From contig NC_092675.1 of the NCBI RefSeq assembly GCF_964355755.1, positions 26,508,912 through 26,572,911 on the forward strand: a stretch of DNA of 64,000 bases. The letters run 5' to 3'. The notes under the pieces were generated by a model. It saw only the letters and a list, made by a program, of their open reading frames with translations. It did not search any database and was not told the origin of the DNA. The DNA comes from Antedon mediterranea (lineage: Eukaryota > Animalia > Echinodermata). The translations under genes were made by a program, and so were the position numbers. This document shows, piece by piece, positions 1 through 14,300 of the stretch (position 1 is the stretch's first letter; each line of letters begins with the position of its first letter).

Positions 1-2132
1 TCTCCAAGTATTGAGGCCAACCTACTCTTACCTGTAATGTGTTGGTTTCTATCAGTAATCTGCCATTGGATTAATATATTGTAAATGTAATGATGTGTTT
101 AGAGGTTTGTCAATGCGCTAACAAATAATTTTACAAACTGAATATTTTACTGTTTTCATCACCTTACTATAACTTAACAGTTGCAAAATTATTGCAGTTT
201 ATATAAAGTATAGCATGCAAAAGAGGAATTAATTACTTAAAAAGTTGTGTACTACTTCTAGTTTTAACAAAATTAGAAAGGAATAGTTTTAAATATATAC
301 TACTGAAAATAGTGTTTATTTACATTCTAATCTAGTTATGCAGATGTATGATATACCATTGTAAACAAATTTCATTTGAAGCTCAATGAAATATAAATAA
401 TGGCATATCTCTTACATATAGTCTATTATTATTCACATTAAAACTTTAAAACAAGTCTTAATAATCGTATAATTACATACTTTAAAACAAGTAAGTGGGT
501 TCAACTATGTTTAAAAATAATATAATGATGTTGCAACGAGGTATGTATAAGAACAGAAAGAGGGGTTGAGAAAATTTACAATTGTGTTTATGTTTTTAAT
601 ATACCCCATTGTATTCAATGGTATTTGCAACTGTATGTAAAAACTGTTTTCATCAATGTTAACATTTAAATGATCTAGGCAATAGTTTAAATGTCGTACA
701 ATATGGGATAATATAGGCCTACTAAAGATAAAAAACATTACTGAAACAATAAAATATATATTCAGGTAGAAAGTATACACATAAAGAGAAAAGTAATTTA
801 TTTTACCAAAAATCTAAGAATGTATATATAAAAATTCAGCAAATACAATATGAGTAAACGTTCCATTTATGCCGCATTCAATAACAAATATATTCATAAT
901 AATTTGGGCATAAAATGTTACTTTACTTTTAAAAAGATGGTTCTTTACAGACACCATGTACTATTATATACAAGTTTAATATATTATCACAATAATCGTA
1001 CATAAACCCTGCTTGGAAAATTCCTAAATGTGTTAAATAAAATGTCAGAGGTCATCTTTTTTAAATTATAAACTTTCCACATGATTAAAAAAGTAAATAT
1101 TAAGATTACAATATTTACTGAAATTGAATTGGCATACCAAAGTAGGGCACACCCATATATACATTGAAAACTGAATTAAACTTTTAAAGGAGACAGGAAC
1201 TACTTTAAAATTTGGTTTAGGATCAAATCTGTTAAAATGTTTTACAGAGATTCAAACTTCATAACCATACTATTCAAATATTTCACAACATTTTGAAGGA
1301 TGTTTGAAGGATATTTTATATTATATTTAAACATAACATTACTGTACATGAAAACAGCACCATTTAAGGGATCACTACAGCAGTTATGTAACAAACAGCG
1401 TTTCTTTATTTCAGTAATGCTCTACAACTTAGGAATTATAACCTGCCAGTAAAGAAACCGGCAATAGTATTTCAAACAGACTGTTTATAACAATGTTTTA
1501 AATTAAAAATTGAAATGTCTTTGTAATACGTATGTAGAATCCGTAATAAATATTATCTTTACACTCATACATGAGCACTGATGCTTAGCAAATGTTGTAT
1601 AGTGCTACAGGGGTGTAGGGTTATGGGGGAGAGTTGTGCAGAACTGGTGTTGAGGAATATGTAAATTTAATTTACCAGTATTCACCTGCATGCACGTTTT
1701 TCACAAGACAGTATTATATTACAAAATACTGTATAGTTGATATGTTTAAAATGAACAACATTTATTGTGAGTTTTGTCAATTCAAGGTCAGAATTCAGAA
1801 GGATTTTGGTTCCAAATTGAGTTCATTAAAAGTATTATACAGTACATTAACTCGGTCTTGGAACAATTCGGAAAGCATAAATACAAAATGGTAAATCCTG
1901 CAGCAGAACTTTAATTGTAAATGAGAAGTATATGAAACATATTTTAAACTGGCTTTTCATAAATTAAATACTTTTTCTCTCTAAAAACAAGTCCAGAACT
2001 AACATGTCATATTAATATAATATAGTTTTATTCATGCAATCACTTGTTCTTATTATCTTTACACTTAATAACTGTATTACATTGGCTTAAATACTTCATA
2101 TCATATTGATTCATAATGCTATTAATATTGAT

Positions 2133-2361
2133 TTATACATATTCCGCAAGCTCCAAATCATCTTTAAGCCACTGGGGCACTCTGTAATTCAGCTTCGATA
2201 GCAGGCCTTTAAGTTCTTGGTTGTGTGATTGGTAATACTGTGATAAGTAGTTCTGTGATTTCTGATCCATTGGAGGGTAAACACGCCCCTTACTGTTGCC
2301 CAAACATTTAGTTCGTCCATTGTTTAGTAACTGGCAGTAGAATCCTTTTTTGTTGTCATAT
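2133..2361 (-). CDS. NDST: NDST coding exon 11 (last)
   Basis: [10 protein letters not shown]...[14 protein letters not shown]...[14 protein letters not shown]-stop. Confidence 0.94.
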
Positions 2362-5300
2362 CTAGATGGTATCAATCAAAATATTGTTAAAATAATAAAG
2401 AAACTATATAATAGCACAAAAACCTTGTTCTTAATCTTCCTTTAGCCAGTAATAACAGCAATTTTGTTCTATTTTCGTGTTTTAGAAAAAAATTCTACAT
2501 CAAGACTTTTATGGGCTATCTTTTTCAGTTTATTTTTTTTATTTTACAGTTTTTTTTTCTATTTGATACTGTTTCTTTATTTTATTCATAATTCATATCC
2601 ATAATATTTTTAAGTATTTTAATGAGAAGTAAATAAAAATCAAATTTTGACCAATTTCTTTGTGACTACCACTACGAATATGGAGAAAAAGTGCGACATC
2701 ACATTCCCTATCAACCGATTTAATTGGGGCTGTACTTGTTTGGCCGGTACACAAAATTAAGACAGAAACGCTAGTTTAATATATTTCCACAGCATTAAAA
2801 TCTATTTAATACTGCGCACAAACTATTTAAAAAATAATTCTTCAAAATTCAAGGCTCAGTACAAAATTTAAATGCAGTATATTTTACAAACATATAGTGA
2901 ATACTCGCAGAATGTAATGAACTTACTTGAGATGTGTAAAATAATCAAATTGGTTTTTAATATGCAGAAAATGCTGAACTTTAGACATGGTCCCTGCTGG
3001 ATTTTCTTTCAATGATTCTCCATTTAAGATTAGCAACTACAAGAAAAGCATACATCATCATTAACATTTAAAATTGAGCCGAGTGGATGATAAAGATATG
3101 ATTAATTTATTTTGATGCTTAGAATTTAGTTTAAATATCATATTAGTAGTACTAATAAAGTTGAAAATGTCTCACAGTACTACAATCATTTTCTAGAGAA
3201 TTATTTTCAACTTACTTCACTTAATTTTTACGACTTACATGGTCTATTGCAACCCTTACTTATTTTTCTTAAAGACTTAAAATATCACATAGTGCAACTT
3301 ATACCAGAATATTCACTAACTCAAAATAAAGAATTTTGAGAATGGAACGTTGTGATCGATATCATCATTTTCAAGAATCTTTTATGGATATTTTTGTATT
3401 TAAAATACAAACCTGGTTTGCTGAATAATGTGAGAGCCAGCGATCAAGTTGTTTAGCGTACTTTCCCGGTTCTAAGCATCTTCTACGCAGGTCGTGAACA
3501 GCCGAGTATGACAATTCGTCTGCACTTACTACATCATAAAATGTGTAGTTTAACGCTATAGGATCGTTGTGAGATCTCATATGCTGAGAGAACAAAAATA
3601 TTGTAAAAATAAATATCCTTCATAAGAGGTTGTCAGGACACTCGTAAATTTTTAGACTATTTTCAATGGTCCACAAAAAATAAAAAAAGAATTTTGTGAA
3701 AAAAAGTTAAACATATTCATTTTTTTCTTAATAATCTTTTTCAATAAAAGATATTTAAAAAAAGGGATGGTAAACCCATGTCTATAAATGCTTAGGTAGT
3801 GGCACTGTATAGGCCATCAGAAAATCCTGGAACTATTACAAGATTTGAACCCGGGACCCAGAGGTTGTAAGCAAGCATTTCAAACACCAAGCCACAGTAC
3901 CACAAATTATCCAATAATGTGATCATTCATTTATGTGTATGTGGCATGGCAGATTAACTTAAATACAGACACAAAATTAAGAAGTCGTTATGGTTATGAC
4001 TAAAGGACTTTTTTTAAAGATCAGATTTGGTAATAAATTATTCAATAATTTTAGATATGCCACAGAAACACATCACATTTTGCCTGTGGACACAATCCAA
4101 GCAGACAGTCTATGAGCCGGAAGCTCAAGAGACACAAAAATTATGAAATTTTAAATGAAATGCTACAGGATAACAGTGAAATTGCATACAAACATATATT
4201 TGATTATATTTAAATAAATTATTAAATAATACAATGAGTTGAACGCATACGTGTAGTAGTGCATATCAATTTGTAATCACTTTGTCAAACTCAATAAACT
4301 AAAGTTAAATTTTTGATCAGACTGTCTCTTCAAAAAAAGAACAATACAAATGTTAGAAAGTCACTCTATGATCAATGCTACTGCCAGTTCACACACACAC
4401 ACATACACACAATCATGAGCAACCCACTCATGATCAATGCTGCTGCTGGTTCATATACAACATTGTGAGCTAGTTACTCATGATCAATGCTACTGCAGGT
4501 TCACATACAGTATCAGTGAGCAAGTTACTCATGATCAATGGTGCTGGTGCGCACACAATATCAGTAAGCAAGTTACTTATGATCAATGGTGTAGTAGGTT
4601 CACATACAATATCATGAGCAAGTTATTCATGATCAATGGTGCTGCTGCTGGTGCGCACACAATATCAGTGAGCAAGTTACTCATGATCAATGGTGTAGTA
4701 GGTTCACATACAATATCATGAGCAAGTTACTCATGATAAATGCCGCTGTTGGTTCACATACAACATCATGAGCAAGTTACTTATGTTCAATGCCACTGTA
4801 GGTTGACATACAACATTGTGAGCAAGTTACTCATAATTGCTGCTACAGCAGATCCACATACAGTATTGTGAGCACGTTACTCATGATCAATACTACAGCA
4901 GGTTCACATACAATATCATGAGATGATCAATGCTGATGCCAGTTCACATACAACATCATGAGCAAGTTAGTCATGATCAATGCTGCTGTAGGTTCACATA
5001 CACCATCATGAGCAAGTTACTCATGATCAATGGTACTGCAGGTTCACATACAGCATCATGAGCAAGTTACTCATGATCAATGGTACTGCTGCTACACACT
5101 CAATATCAGTGAGCAAGTTACTCATGATCAATGGTGTAGTAGATTCACATACATCATCATGAGAAAGTTACTCATGATCAATGTTACTGCGGGTTCACAT
5201 ACAACACCATGAGCAAGTTACTCTTGAACAATGCTGCTGACGGTTCACATAGCAAGTTCACAGAGAAAGTTAATAATAACCAATGATACTGCTAGTTCAC

Positions 5301-8300
5301 ATACAACATCATGAGCAAGTTACTCCTGATCAATGCTGCTGCTGGTTCACATACAACATCATGAGCAAGTTACTCCTTATCAATGCTGCTGCTGGTTCAC
5401 ATACAACATCATGAGCAAGTTATTCATGATCAATGCTGCAGTAGGTTCACACACAATTTCATGAGCAAGCTACTCATAATCAATGCTAATGCAGGTTCAC
5501 ATACACCATCATGAGCAAGTTACTCATGATCAATGCCACTGCAGGTTCACATACGGCATCATGAGCAAGTACATCATGAGCAAAAAATGACCATGTTGAA
5601 TCAGTACATTACTAATACCATTATTCTTACATTAAGATAAAAGTTTAAAGGTTTATTTTACCTGATACCATGAATAAGCTCTCTTTGAGGGGCTTATCAG
5701 TAATGTTATCAACTTGGCTTTGGGTAGCAGAGAATGTACTCGGCGAGGAACATTTGGATTATCAAAATATGTAGCACTCTTCTCAAATGTCACGGTTGAA
5801 GGGTTTCCTGGGAAGAACTCCAGGTACCTGGATAAAGATAAAAGTAAGTTGTTGGCTTAAATCCAGGACCATGCAAAGCAATTTATTTGTGGTACCTTTC
5901 ATTTACATGTACAGAAGAGTCTGTTTCATTTAAATACTAAAAGATGGTTGTCAACTTTAATTTTATTTTATTTTCAGTACAGTATAATGTTTTATATTAC
6001 ATGTAATTGACTCTCTGGCCTCAATGCTGTTGTTACAGAAAGTTTGTGTATTATTTTTTGCTAATGAATGTTAAATATATCGGATAATATAATCCTTTTT
6101 TTTATCAATATCATGTCTTGGGTATAAGTCCACCCAAGGTTAGGACTAAAAAAATGTTAATGTCGACGTAACATAGAGACAGTATCAATATGTACATTTC
6201 TTCATAGTATGAAATTAACTTACCAATCAATGCCTCTAAAGTAATTGGTCCCACTGAAAAACTGCACCTCTTCATACGTTTTAGTGCTATCTATATTGCT
6301 ACGTATGGCTGGATGCATACTTAAAAATGTGTAGAGAGCAGTGGTTCCTAAAAGATAATTGTTTTTAAATTAACACCTGTTCCCACAAAAAAAAATAGAA
6401 AACTTATGTGCATAAAAAAATTAATTTCTACAATAGAATTTTGATTAATAATTAGCGTTTTCTTTTGTTAAAATTTAAGAAATATTCTCGAAGATGCAGA
6501 TCACAACATAGCCCTGGTGGTATGTGAATCAAATCTCCAGTTCGAGTTGCCATGCCCTCAAATTTGTTACATATGACGGATATCTTTGTAATACTGGTTT
6601 GTTTCAATCAACATTAAACAGGAAACAGCTTTGTTTATTAAAGTTCATTCTTGTTTCTTTAGAGTACATATTGCTAAAATAATGTTTTCATAACTTTCAC
6701 TTTAAACACTTGTAACTTCAAATAGCTATCATAAAAAAATAAATAGTATTTTTAAATGTACTTTTTGAATGTTCATAAATGTTTGACCTTTCAAAGAAAT
6801 CATTAAACAAATATTATTTGCTTTCTGTTTTTAAACTACAACAAATATTATTTTGCAATTGTTCAATGTGTTAATTTTAAAAATCAGTCTAAAATGTCAC
6901 CTGTTTTTTGTGGGCCAATGATCAGAAAGTCTGGCAAGTTTTTGCATGATTTATTCTCCGCCCATATTTCAAGATGTCGTTTATCATCACATGGATTCTA
7001 AAAGAAAATAATTATTAAGTTATAGTTAAGAATGATGCCCTTAACATTTTGTTTCTCATGTGTACATATTATGGTGGTACTTGAGAATAATCATCCCACA
7101 CAATCATACTGAATTTCACATTCAATATGAATGAATGACAACATAGATTATGAATATGATTAAAGTGTAACAATATAAAAAATTTAGTACAGTATTAATA
7201 TTGAGATATGGCGTAATGGTAAGGGGATCACAAACAACTATTTGAGAGGCATGGGTTCGAGACCTATCTGTGCAATATTGCTTATATCCTTTAGCAAGAT
7301 ATTTTACATATTAATGTACACAGAAAGCATATTACAGTAAGTTTAAATAAAGAACGTTAGTACTTTGAGCATGGTACTGTGGCTGTCATGTGTCCTTAAG
7401 CCTGGTTTCCATAAAATCGTTACACGACAGAGCGTAGAGATTCTATGGAAACGCTAGAATTTATCAGGGATCTAGTACGCGAGCGCTAAATATTCCTTGG
7501 TACGCGTATACGATTCATCGCCGACAAAATCGGCAAAGTTGAACATGGTTGAACTTTGACGATTTGACTGCGATGAAGCCTTCCTGATTGAGTCGGTGAC
7601 ATCTGCGCGTGTAGCGATTTTAATGGAAACGCTGTAGCGACGGTGTAGCAATTTTATGGAAACCAGGCGCTACTGAGGACAAATAATACATTTACACATT
7701 TTGTTATAGTTACTGTAGTTTAGTTAAGCAGTAATTTAGTAATACAGTTTAATAGTTGACCAAAAAGTGATGTTCTACAGTTTGAAGTGACAATTTGTTC
7801 TCATTATGTTTCATATCATTTCCTTGCTGATAATCGTCGTCTAAAATTGTCTTGCGCAATCGGGGCTAATTAACTTATAAATGAATCGGTATAAATGTGT
7901 CTGACAGTGTTGAAATGTTCTCACATTAGATGCACATTATAACATCATTAGATGTCTCAAAACATAATAATTAACTTGGCCAAACTTGACAGCATTAATA
8001 ATAAATTTGTGCTAAAAAATTAAGATGAATGCTTCCATTGTTTCATATCTGTATTAAATTAGTAAACCTTATTTAAGATAAAAAAAAATAAATAAAACTC
8101 AGGGGTAGGGGCATCTCAAAGGAAGGGTTAGCAAATATTGCCCTGGCTCAGATAAGGTGGGCATACAAAATTCACACCTTTAAGCTCTGTCTACTCTATT
8201 AAACTAGTTTGACAACAAAAATGTGATGTGTCCAAATATGGTAGTGATATGCACAAATATCATAGTGATATGACATCATCATGTCCATATATGGGCACAT

Positions 8301-11300
8301 CACATTTTTTTAACACATAAAGTTTGATAGTGTAGACAGAGCTTTACACTTAATATCAGTATCCACTAATACACTTTCCTATCAGAGTAAATCTAATAAA
8401 ACCTTGTTACGTACAGTCCACAGAGGTTCTTTCTGGTCTGGATATAAATTAAAGTATTTTTCAGCTAGTTCCTTCGGCGGCACTGTCTTCAATCTTAGGT
8501 TCGTCCACTTATCAACAAAGTTGATGACGTTATCAAACGTGTACAGCGCAATTCGGTCGTTACCATAGTTTGACAAATGCGTCATGTATATGTTCACCTA
8601 GAGAGAAATTAAAAATATGGCTGTCACGATTTATTTGACCACTGTATCAAATGGTTCTGCTGATTTTATTTAAATGTACTTTAGTTAAAAGCTCAAAACC
8701 CTAGACACTTATTTAGTCCAGATTGGTAAAACTTTTTCTCTTGAGAGAATTCTCTTCATCACATTCGGTTGAAACATTATAATGAAGTACTAAAGATGTC
8801 AAGTTCTTTCTCAGAAAAGTATTTTAAACAACTAGCAATATTTACATAAATATTCTTAAAACATGTGTAGTTTAGTGTATGATCTATTATACTAAAAAGA
8901 AAACTTTGAAATATAAATTGATATTTAATGTGTGTTCTAGTTTGCTTGCATAGTTGAAACTAAATACCTGGTTTAATTTGGTTTTATCTTGGAATGTATT
9001 TTATTAGCTTGAGGGCTAAAAAATAATATTTACTAGTATGGCATAATATTTCATGTTTAACCTCTTTTCAACCATTCAGCATAATAGGCCTATATCTATT
9101 TATTCATTACAAAATTAAATACTTATTCATTATATAGGTCTAGACTTCATTATAGGCCTATACTTACTTAATACATTATAATAGGCCTATACTTAATTAT
9201 AATAGGCCTATACTTATTCATTATAATAGAAATTTATAGTTACATTTAATAAGTATACTATGATTTTCATATGATTGCATCTTTGGTCGTATTTAAAATT
9301 TAAAGAAAATGCCTACAGCAATTAAGAAAAAGGCATTCTCTAATTAAATATATATATAATAATTTGAGATAAATTAGCCTTTTGTTGTCATCTTATATTC
9401 TTCCTTCATTCCAATTAAGAATTTACTTTGCATTTTCAGGATAGGGACATTACACACTAAAGTCATTTTAGCCCATACCCTATAACCACTTTATGATTGT
9501 ACCTGTACTGACTATGCACTATAACATTTAAGAATAGATAAGCTTTCTCCATATCCTACATTAGGTTTGATTGCTTCATAACAACATCAAATATTATAGT
9601 ATTATTTGGCATTTGCAGATGATGTAAGTAAAGATGACCTCTCTGATAACATTTCAATTCAATCACATCTAAATTGTGTAAACCACAATTTCATCAATAT
9701 GTGTACAGTCCACAGCTATAAAATATTTTCGTTTTGTTTTACTTACGGGATTGTCAATGAATGTTCGGAAGAGTTCTCCCCCTTGTATACTCTTGTCCAA
9801 TTTTGCTCGTCCTCCTGGGTACTTTTCCAGAAATATTGTATGAGTAAACAACCCACAAGTTTGTCTTGGCAATACCTGGAAAACAAAAAAACACTTCTTT
9901 TGTGATTGATATGACTTTTTGAAACCTTTATTCTATAAAAAATAATGTGTTAATTAAAGATGTATTGTCCCCCCTGAAAAAATATTTTTTTAAAACATTT
10001 TTGTTGAATATGCCATTTTAAATGTAACATAATAGTTACCCACTTTGAAAAAAAAAATGGATAAAAAAAATGTATTTAACTAAAAAAAATGTAATTTAAA
10101 GCAAAAATGGTCAAATTGGCTGACAGCCAATGGGTTTTTGGTTGAATTTAACCATTTATTTTGTCATATTTTAAGTAAAAACATTATTTGTTTTTGGTTT
10201 TTTTTACGAAAAGTGATTAACCTTATGAAAACTACAAAATAACATATTGAATTAATCTTCATTTTCATGGTTTTGGGGGACAAATCATCTTTAAAAAAAA
10301 AACATGTTTATACATGATTCATGAATAAAGTAATGTATTGTACTGTACATTGCAAAATATTGTATAACCTAGTATTATAATTAACATCCAATATGAAATT
10401 CTATAATACGTCATGTCCTTGTCTAACTGTATTATTAAATATTAATACTTAATAAATATTTTTTTTTAATGTATAAATTTTACAGTATAACAGATCCGCT
10501 GGCTATGTAAAGGTTTTTACAAGACAAAATCAATTAATCATTATTCTCATTTTTGTCAATTTACATCTAAATTATGTTGTTTTTTTTTACCTTGAATACA
10601 TAAGTTTTATAAAATTTGTAAATTCATAAATCCAACAGGGACGACCTTGATCACATGAGCTAAATTGTATTATTGATTGTACATAAAGCAAACTACGCAT
10701 AATGGTATAGTGTGTAGTACGGGATTTTATTACTTGGTAATTGGATATAAAATCAATCAAATTATAATTATTATACAATAATAACTTGTATTCAACAGAA
10801 AGAATAACAAAAGTGTTATTACAGTAAGTAAGCCAACATTATTAATAAGCATAAATTGGTAACTCTGTAGTTTTGTAAATTGGATTTTCAATCGTATGTA
10901 ATAATTTTTTTTCTTAAACGGTTAGCAACATAGCAAGAACTCGTCAAGTGATATCAAACAGATGAGAAAATAATAAAAGTTTTATAATTTACAAATAAAT
11001 ATCTATCGGAATGTTACCATACAAAACAAAATACATTTTTCTATATTTGTTAACTTTGTATGGTATCAAAATAAAAAAAGGTAAGTCCTATATTCATTTT
11101 GAACGCAAGGGAATGAGCTCAGCAGCCAGGCTGTTAGCTCATTTTACTAAGCCTTGGCATTATGTGGTAGGATGGCCAGTTCCTTTCCACGCCGCCTTAA
11201 CTCCTAGATGGTATCAAAATAGAACAAATCAAATCCACTACTAACCTTGATCCCTTTGTGGATATATCCTTTTCGCCTTCTAGCTGGGTAGAGATGAGGA

Positions 11301-14300
11301 TACTCCTCTGTACTTGTGACCTGTATGTCCCACACCTTCTTCCACATCTCATACAGTTGATTGTGAACCGGATAGACGCCAGCGTGGTGAGGCGCCACGG
11401 CATAGTTGTTATTCAGAGGTATACCATGTTCCTGAAATTACAAAATAAGTTTGCAATAAGGCATGTGACGCAGTGTTAACAAAGTTGGACTACTGATCAT
11501 GAGTTTGAATCAAACGTTCGCAAAATTGCTTGTATTCTTTATAGGAAAGATATTTTATTTACCTTTGCCTTTCTCCACACAGATGTACAAATGGGTATTA
11601 ACTATTATTGGTAACTTTGCGCCGACTACTAGCTATAACATTATTGGAGTATGTTTCCGATACATGTTTGATTAAAAAATGACCAGGGTAATAATACTGT
11701 ATGTACAGCGCTTGAGGTTTCACATCATTAGGCGTTTTATAAATCCAAGATATTATTATAAGAATGGGCGAGTTGAATTTTTTAAGGTCGTTAATTTGCA
11801 GTTTTTTGTTTATTAATAGTATTACAAAGAGAGGACCTACAGTATTTAATAAGAACATCAACTATTACTGCAGGGAATAATTTCGCCAGTGTAGCATAGC
11901 AAAAAGCTATACAAAACAACATTATTGCTACACATTTCTAAAATTGTGTAGCAAAAAAAGACAATACAAAACTATGTTTCTCGACTAAAAAATCAGTTTG
12001 ATAGCAATAATTGCTAAACAAAATTTTAAAATGAAATTTTTCCCTGTACTGTATTATATTCTTTAAAAATATACTCAAAACAAACTGTAATTACTCTCGC
12101 AATATATAAATTGTTTCTGAAAAAAAGTTATTAGCTTTTAAAAAGCCCAATTACTTATAAAAGATCTTCTTGAAATTATAATATGTTAAAACAAATTTTT
12201 TAAAAAGGTAAACACAACCAACAGTTGTTTTTCATATTAGAAATTCTGTTTATATAATGTAGATAAAAAAAAGAAATTCAATTATTCCATAGAAGGAAGG
12301 AAGCAGGAAGTAGTATAAACAAACTTAAAAGGTTTCAGTGGAAAGCAATTATTCCTATTTAAGAATTATGAGTCCCTAAAGTACAGTGCCTCAGAGATAT
12401 CTCTGAGTATGCTAACCGCTTCTTGCATAACATTGGAAAATGGAGCTAGAAAAATAGCATAGTAAAATAACTTCATTTAAACTCTGAATCATAACATCAG
12501 TGAATATTAAAATAAAGATTCATTTGGTTTTAATATATTATTATAATTTGTGTAATTTTGTGTATTTCCTCTGTAACCCACTGATTGACAGAAACATTTT
12601 CTTTAGTATCAGGATTAGGAGTTTGTTCATCTGACAGTGGAAAACAATATAATGAGGATGAAATACAATACCATATATCTTCTGGTATAATCCAACGCAC
12701 TCTAGAACATGAAATTGGTCTGACTTGGGAGTGGGGCTATTACCCGGAGGAATATCAGTGTAGGAAAAAAATTATTGGTATTGAACTGGCTAGGAAGAAG
12801 ACCCAAAGTTGTATTATACCGTACAGAACTGTATGTTTTTAAGCTGGATAGTGGATGCCAACTTGGAATGAAGAAACATAAAAACAATATGTATCTCAAG
12901 AGTCAATGGTAATGTTCTGTGATCTGTGACTTCACATACCATATCCATGTATTTTGTTTGAAAACAATATCCAATTCATCATCTTGAAGAAGGTAAATAG
13001 AAATGTTAGGCATATTGCCAAGGATAGGCATATTGCCAAGGATAGCATGCCATTCCAATTCATTCACTATTCTTCTTAAAGGTGGGAACACTGTTCACAG
13101 ACAAACATACAGTACATCTGATCCATTGTTTTTCGTCTTAAAGATATATTGTCTCCAAAAACATGAAAAATGAAGATTAATTAAATCAGACTTTGAATAG
13201 GTTATTTTGTAGTTTTAATAAAGTTAATCACTTTCATAGAAAAATAAACAAAAAAAATTATGTTTTCACTTAAAAATAACGTAATAAATGGTTAAATTCA
13301 ACTAAAAATCCATTGGCCGGCAGCCAATTTAGCCATTTTTCCCTTTAAATTACTGTTTTTTCAGGTAAATACATTTTTTTAGATCCAATTTTTGGTCAAA
13401 GTGGATAACTAATGTGACATTGAATGGCATGCAACAACAAAAATTAAAAAAATTATTTTTAAGGGGGACAATACATCTTTAAGAAAAACATCATGACAGG
13501 ATTTGAACCCAAGCCTGTTAACCATCAATCTACTACTTCACTACAAACAAATAAGAAAATCAAATTTATTAATGAATGTATGATATGAATACAAGATGAT
13601 TATATATTAAAAGGGAAATAGTTCTTTACTTGCTCTACATATTGGCTAAAAACAATAAAAAGGATTGCATTAAATAAAACAAGGGTAAAATATCTAGAGT
13701 AATGACGCTCTAGGGAAGTAATTATACCTTAAGCACATAAAACACAGTAACTCGACTATCTTTTATCATTGTATATTTTTGCCATGTTCTTATTAAATTC
13801 CAATCACATCTTATAAATATAGGTGGCTAGGTGATATACAGTACTGTAGCAATCAAATATATGCTGTGCATGTTCTAAAACTAGCTACTGTTCAGAACAT
13901 GATTAATTGGCACGACACCAAGTTACAAATCAGGCTCATATTATTATCACCTACAGTACATCTTAAGCAAGAACCATCCCAGAATGCCGCATTAGGGGAA
14001 GTCTATGGCGGTGTTTTTGAAATTATTATGTTTCTGGGACCAAAGAACCAACATCGTATTAAAATTGTTTTGCGAAAGTAGCAAAATTTCCATAGAATTC
14101 TCTGAAATATCTGAAATAGAACGGTGCCAACTCCAGTTGTTCAAAGTCCACTAAGGGTGAATTTATAAAAGTTCCAGGTGCGTCTCCGATTAACTCATTC
14201 CTTAACAAGTTTTTAGTGGCCGATTGTTTGATTCAGCAGATGAAGCAGCAAATTTGCAGGGTACATACTTTGGAAGTATGTTTGTAGTGACTCATCAGAT

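Noticed and set aside
4357-5583. CRISPR-like repeat/spacer appearance and ORFs 4437-4721, 5030-5212
   Set aside because: Variable parts are only about 9 nt and related to each other, there are no cas genes, and the context is a eukaryotic intron; the ORFs are by-products of a 50-bp unit.
9606-11479. Plus-strand ORFs 9606-9905, 11011-11244, 11258-11479
   Set aside because: Antisense shadows of NDST exons or AT-rich chance ORFs with no homology signal.
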